Notes under the pieces: generated by a model
The model's database searches: none
Told to the model about the DNA's origin: nothing
The model's input: only the letters and a program-made list of their open reading frames with translations
Made by a program: the position numbers and the translations under genes
Shown here: positions 59,481-63,099 of the stretch, one piece after another
Layout of the letters: the number at the start of each line of letters is the position of its first letter
Numbering within the stretch: the stretch's first letter is position 1
Source: Obrimoposthia wandeli
Lineage: Eukaryota
DNA: 63,099 nt
Reading direction: 5' to 3'
Assembly (NCBI GenBank): GCA_977020255.1
Contig: CDROCS010001060.1
Location: forward strand, 186,001-249,099

Positions 59481-62400
59481 GACCTAGAATAGAACTCAAG
59501 GAGGAAGAATATGGTGGTAGTGAATCTCAATGAAATGACAGTCGCCTTGTCCGATCTACCAATGTAGTGGATCCAAGAGGTAACAGCTACTTTGTGGCGC
59601 GCCGAAGCTATTTCTGCAGATATTGGTTCGAGCTTTGTTTCAAAGAATATTGGATCAAACAGATCGAGATGGTCATTAATCGATAATCAGATGAGCGAGA
59701 CTTTGACGTTTCGACGTCATTTTTGAGCGGTGACCGACAATGCGGTCATTTGTTCAACGTAATGCGCTGGAGTTCTTCTTCGCAGGCCGGGTATGGGACT
59801 GTTTCCGGAACAGCACCATGTTGTGCGGTATGCGGTTTCTGCAAATAACAGTTCTTCTAAATTTACCAGACTCTTTTACAGTCACCAGACTTACCATCAT
59901 GAGCTATCTTTCTGTCGACTCAATTAAGATAACATACAACATATCAAATACTTTTTAAACTACAAATCTTTGAACCATAATCAGTTAGCGGGACTGAATG
60001 GGCTACCACTCGAAATCTCTTTGATTTTACGGATTATCCCAAAAGGTATCGATATCAGCGGGATAGAAAAACTCGGATACTGAAATATTTATGACATAAA
60101 CCATGTACTGTTTTTGATAAGCCAGAATTTAGCGACACCTACAAGAAAGTGCTGACCTGACCGGAAATGGCACCTCAAGCGCGGTTCAAAATGAAAGAGA
60201 TATCAAACCGCCGTATTGTCTTTAAAGTTTTATGGAATGTTTGTTATTAATTGTTTTATATTTCTCATTATGTATCTGACTGACCAAACAGGTGATAAAC
60301 CGGCAATAATAACAGCAGCCTTCATTCAGTCACCAGCAGCCTGTTTTTCGCATTCCAGTAAATTGGAATAAAGAATGATTTTCATCCTTTTCGCGGCGTT
60401 GGTTCTGATGGGCACCAGACTCCGATGACTGTGATTGTATATGCGCGGATGTGATACCATACCAGCGTCAGCAACACTCTTATCTTTAACTATAGCAAAT
60501 ACCGGCGCCATTTCACTCACTGTGACCAGAATGATAACTTCTGCTCTCAAACTGTTGGTGTATAACTCGATTATCTGTTGCGATTCGGAAGATCAATGAG
60601 CAACTACTCTGTTTTCGTGGCAGGTTTCTGCCACTGCCGGAGACAAAGTTATGATAACAACTGGTGGCGCCATCTGGCAACCTGCAAACTATCTGCTGAC
60701 TTTATTGCTCTGGAACGTGCTTCTCTGCTGAAATAACACCGTATTGATTTCACCTACCGGAGGATTCAAGCATTCACTAATCGTTTTCATTGCGTACAAT
60801 TAATAAAAGAGCTCTTGTCTATGCGACAGTTTATCAAAGGAAAAACCTCTTTGTAAAGTATAATATATTTATTGGATTTTCCGTCTTCTTTTAAAGCATT
60901 TATCTTTTCGTGCTATTCTTTTAGAATATTGTCATTGTTATTTGCATTGATTTACTATATACAGTGGAAGCATTTTCATAATTTGATATTATTTTCATGT
61001 GGTATACAGGGATCTATTTAATGGCGCAACTCTATTTTCCCAGACTAGGTGAACATGTACGTTGGGCAGCAACTGTCGACAAACATGATCAGTAGTGGCT
61101 AAACTGCACTTGTTAGTTGAGGTGACTTGTTCAGTCGTATTCTTGTCATGTAGACAGCCAATTTCAACTTGCATAATAGAAGGGGGTATCTATGACTCAC
61201 TGGGGAAAGATTTTCTGATTTAGTTTCCTCTCCCTATTTAGGCGGAATTTATCAACGACGAGATGTTCAGCTTCCAGGAACTCGTGAACAAGATCGAGTC
61301 TCTTAGGGATTAATGTCTGTGACTATGCAGCATAAAGATCTCGTGGACGTGAGTAATTTTTGATTTGGGCTCAGTTTTAATTCGCATATTTACTCATTTG
61401 TACTATATTAAAAAATTAAATTAGGTGTATTGTCTTATAAGAATAATAACTAATATATATTTTTAAATTAAGCACTCAACTCTTGTAGCGTCTGGTGTTT
61501 GAACTGCTGAACTAAATGTTCATCGAATTCATTTTTATTTTTGATATACTTCTTTCCAATAGATATTTTTGGCATGGGAGTCTTATTATTGTGTTAGGGA
61601 ATATTTGTATGTGGTCATTTCATTAAGTGGAAAATCTATTGCAGAGGTGTAGTACACTATAAAAGCTGTCATTTCAATGTATGCCAACTATCTAAACTAC
61701 TATTGCCAAGCATCGATTTGAAGGTGTATTTCACTGATGATAATCGATATGCAAAAGGAATGCCGAATAAAGTGGAAGTTGAGCGAATATTTCAAACGAA
61801 AATCATTACGACATGAGAAATGTTAATTGACGACCACACTTCATGCCGAATAACTCTGAATGACATGTATGCTAAACTTTAATGCTAAATCTCCCATAGG
61901 CCTTGACAATATACATATATACGAACTAAAAACCGCTACTATGACAATTTGGGGTTTTTATTAACATTCTATTTTATTCTACCAATATCTAATTATTAGT
62001 TTTTAATTGATTCGTCTATTCAGAATCTGACAACTCAGTTGAAGAAACACACGAGCCTTTTCAAGATGACCAAGCAGCCGGATTATCCTATGGACGGTAA
62101 GATCTTCTGCATCTCAAATAACAAACAATAACTTCGTTTTGTACATTTAGAGTACGCCAATAAGTTGGAAGATCTTCTTGACGATCAGCTCAAAGGGCTC
62201 ACAGATTTCAAAAGTAAGCATCTGTTTTCGTTTCTGAGAGTTAATTTGAAATATATACAAACCCGTTTTCTCTACTTGTATGGTACAGTATGCTGGTGGT
62301 CATATCCTTTCCAACTTTTCAGGTATTTAGATTAATGAAACTTTTTATTTATAAAAGAAGTTGTTTACATTATCCCACACAATTGAGAAATTAAAATAGT

Positions 62401-63099
62401 TGAAACAGTCTAGCCCATTTGACAGCACATTTTAACGTATACTATTTTCTGTCTATACAGTTAACCATGCTTAATGCGAACAAATGTGACGCCTTTTTGT
62501 CCTCAATATCGATAGTAAACTGTATTTATTAAATGGTAAAAAGTGTCAATGGTTTAAACAGTTCCACATTTATTTGTATCGGCAGTTCAGTATATGATGA
62601 AAAGAAAGGTTAGCACACAAAATGAAATGGATTATTTTAATGCAAATATTTAATATTGGACTAATGAGAATGATAAGAATTAGAGAATTGTAAAAGTATT
62701 ATTTGATTGGATGATATATATATATTAAAATCCGTAAACTTTAGTGGACAAGTTTCAATTTATTGATAGTCAAAGATGAAATTCATGCACAAAATTAAAA
62801 GATTAGTAAAATATTGTATAAATAAATTTCTTTATACCAATTTCAAAAATTGGATGAATAAAGTACATTAAACATACATGAAAAGGAAACCATTAATAAA
62901 AATATTGCTCCACTCTATAATGTAAAGTTTCATACTGGTTCAAATCCACACAACTTCAGACAACTTCACCAAAAAAGAAATAATCTTTAAAATAAAAAAT
63001 CATTCGACAGCGGCGATGAATGATTTTTTAGAACGAAAAGAACCAATAAAATAAAGCGTTACATTTAAGAAAATACGTAGCACACTGTCACATCAATTT
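59481..63099 (+). pseudogene. KIF2: Second copy of the kinesin-13 3' region: exons about 59480-59565, 61242-61348, 62024-62096, 62151-62213; runs off the right edge
   Basis: 61030-63099 is near-identical to about 25700-27780. Exon 61242-61348 is 5 nt longer than in the first copy (frameshift or error). Confidence 0.75.

Noticed and set aside
59620-60900. GC-richer, bacterial-looking sequence and ORFs 59740-59958 and 60326-60550 as horizontal transfer or contamination
   Set aside because: It stays loosely colinear with 24300-25500 and is best explained as basecalling noise.
50926-61000. Dense frameshifts as programmed frameshifting, hypermutation or biological decay
   Set aside because: Indels and scrambled tracts affect retroelement and host sequence alike and stop abruptly near 61 kb, which fits unpolished long-read consensus.

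Overview
AT-rich eukaryotic DNA with short GT-AG introns, most likely from an animal (inference). It is a nest of related Ty3/Gypsy LTR retroelements, called A, B, C and E here, lying in a tandem segmental duplication of about 35 kb. Each unit holds the 3' exons of a kinesin-13 gene, an A insertion (element with internal genes in one unit, solo LTR in the next), a TRAF-like gene, and element C (minus strand) with element B inserted into it. The reconstructed element is 5'LTR-PBS-leader repeats-gag (3 CCHC)-chuvirus/gB-type fusion glycoprotein in frame with protease-RT-RNaseH-integrase-FN3 membrane protein-coiled-coil ORF-DEDDh exonuclease-3'LTR. All four LTR types carry a type I hammerhead ribozyme on the antisense strand, about 90-200 nt inside the LTR 5' end, with compensatory changes in all three stems. 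This combination is the strongest candidate for a novel system. About 51-61 kb looks like poorly polished long-read sequence, so coordinates and frameshifts there are unreliable. All protein family calls are by-eye motif recognition, not database searches.
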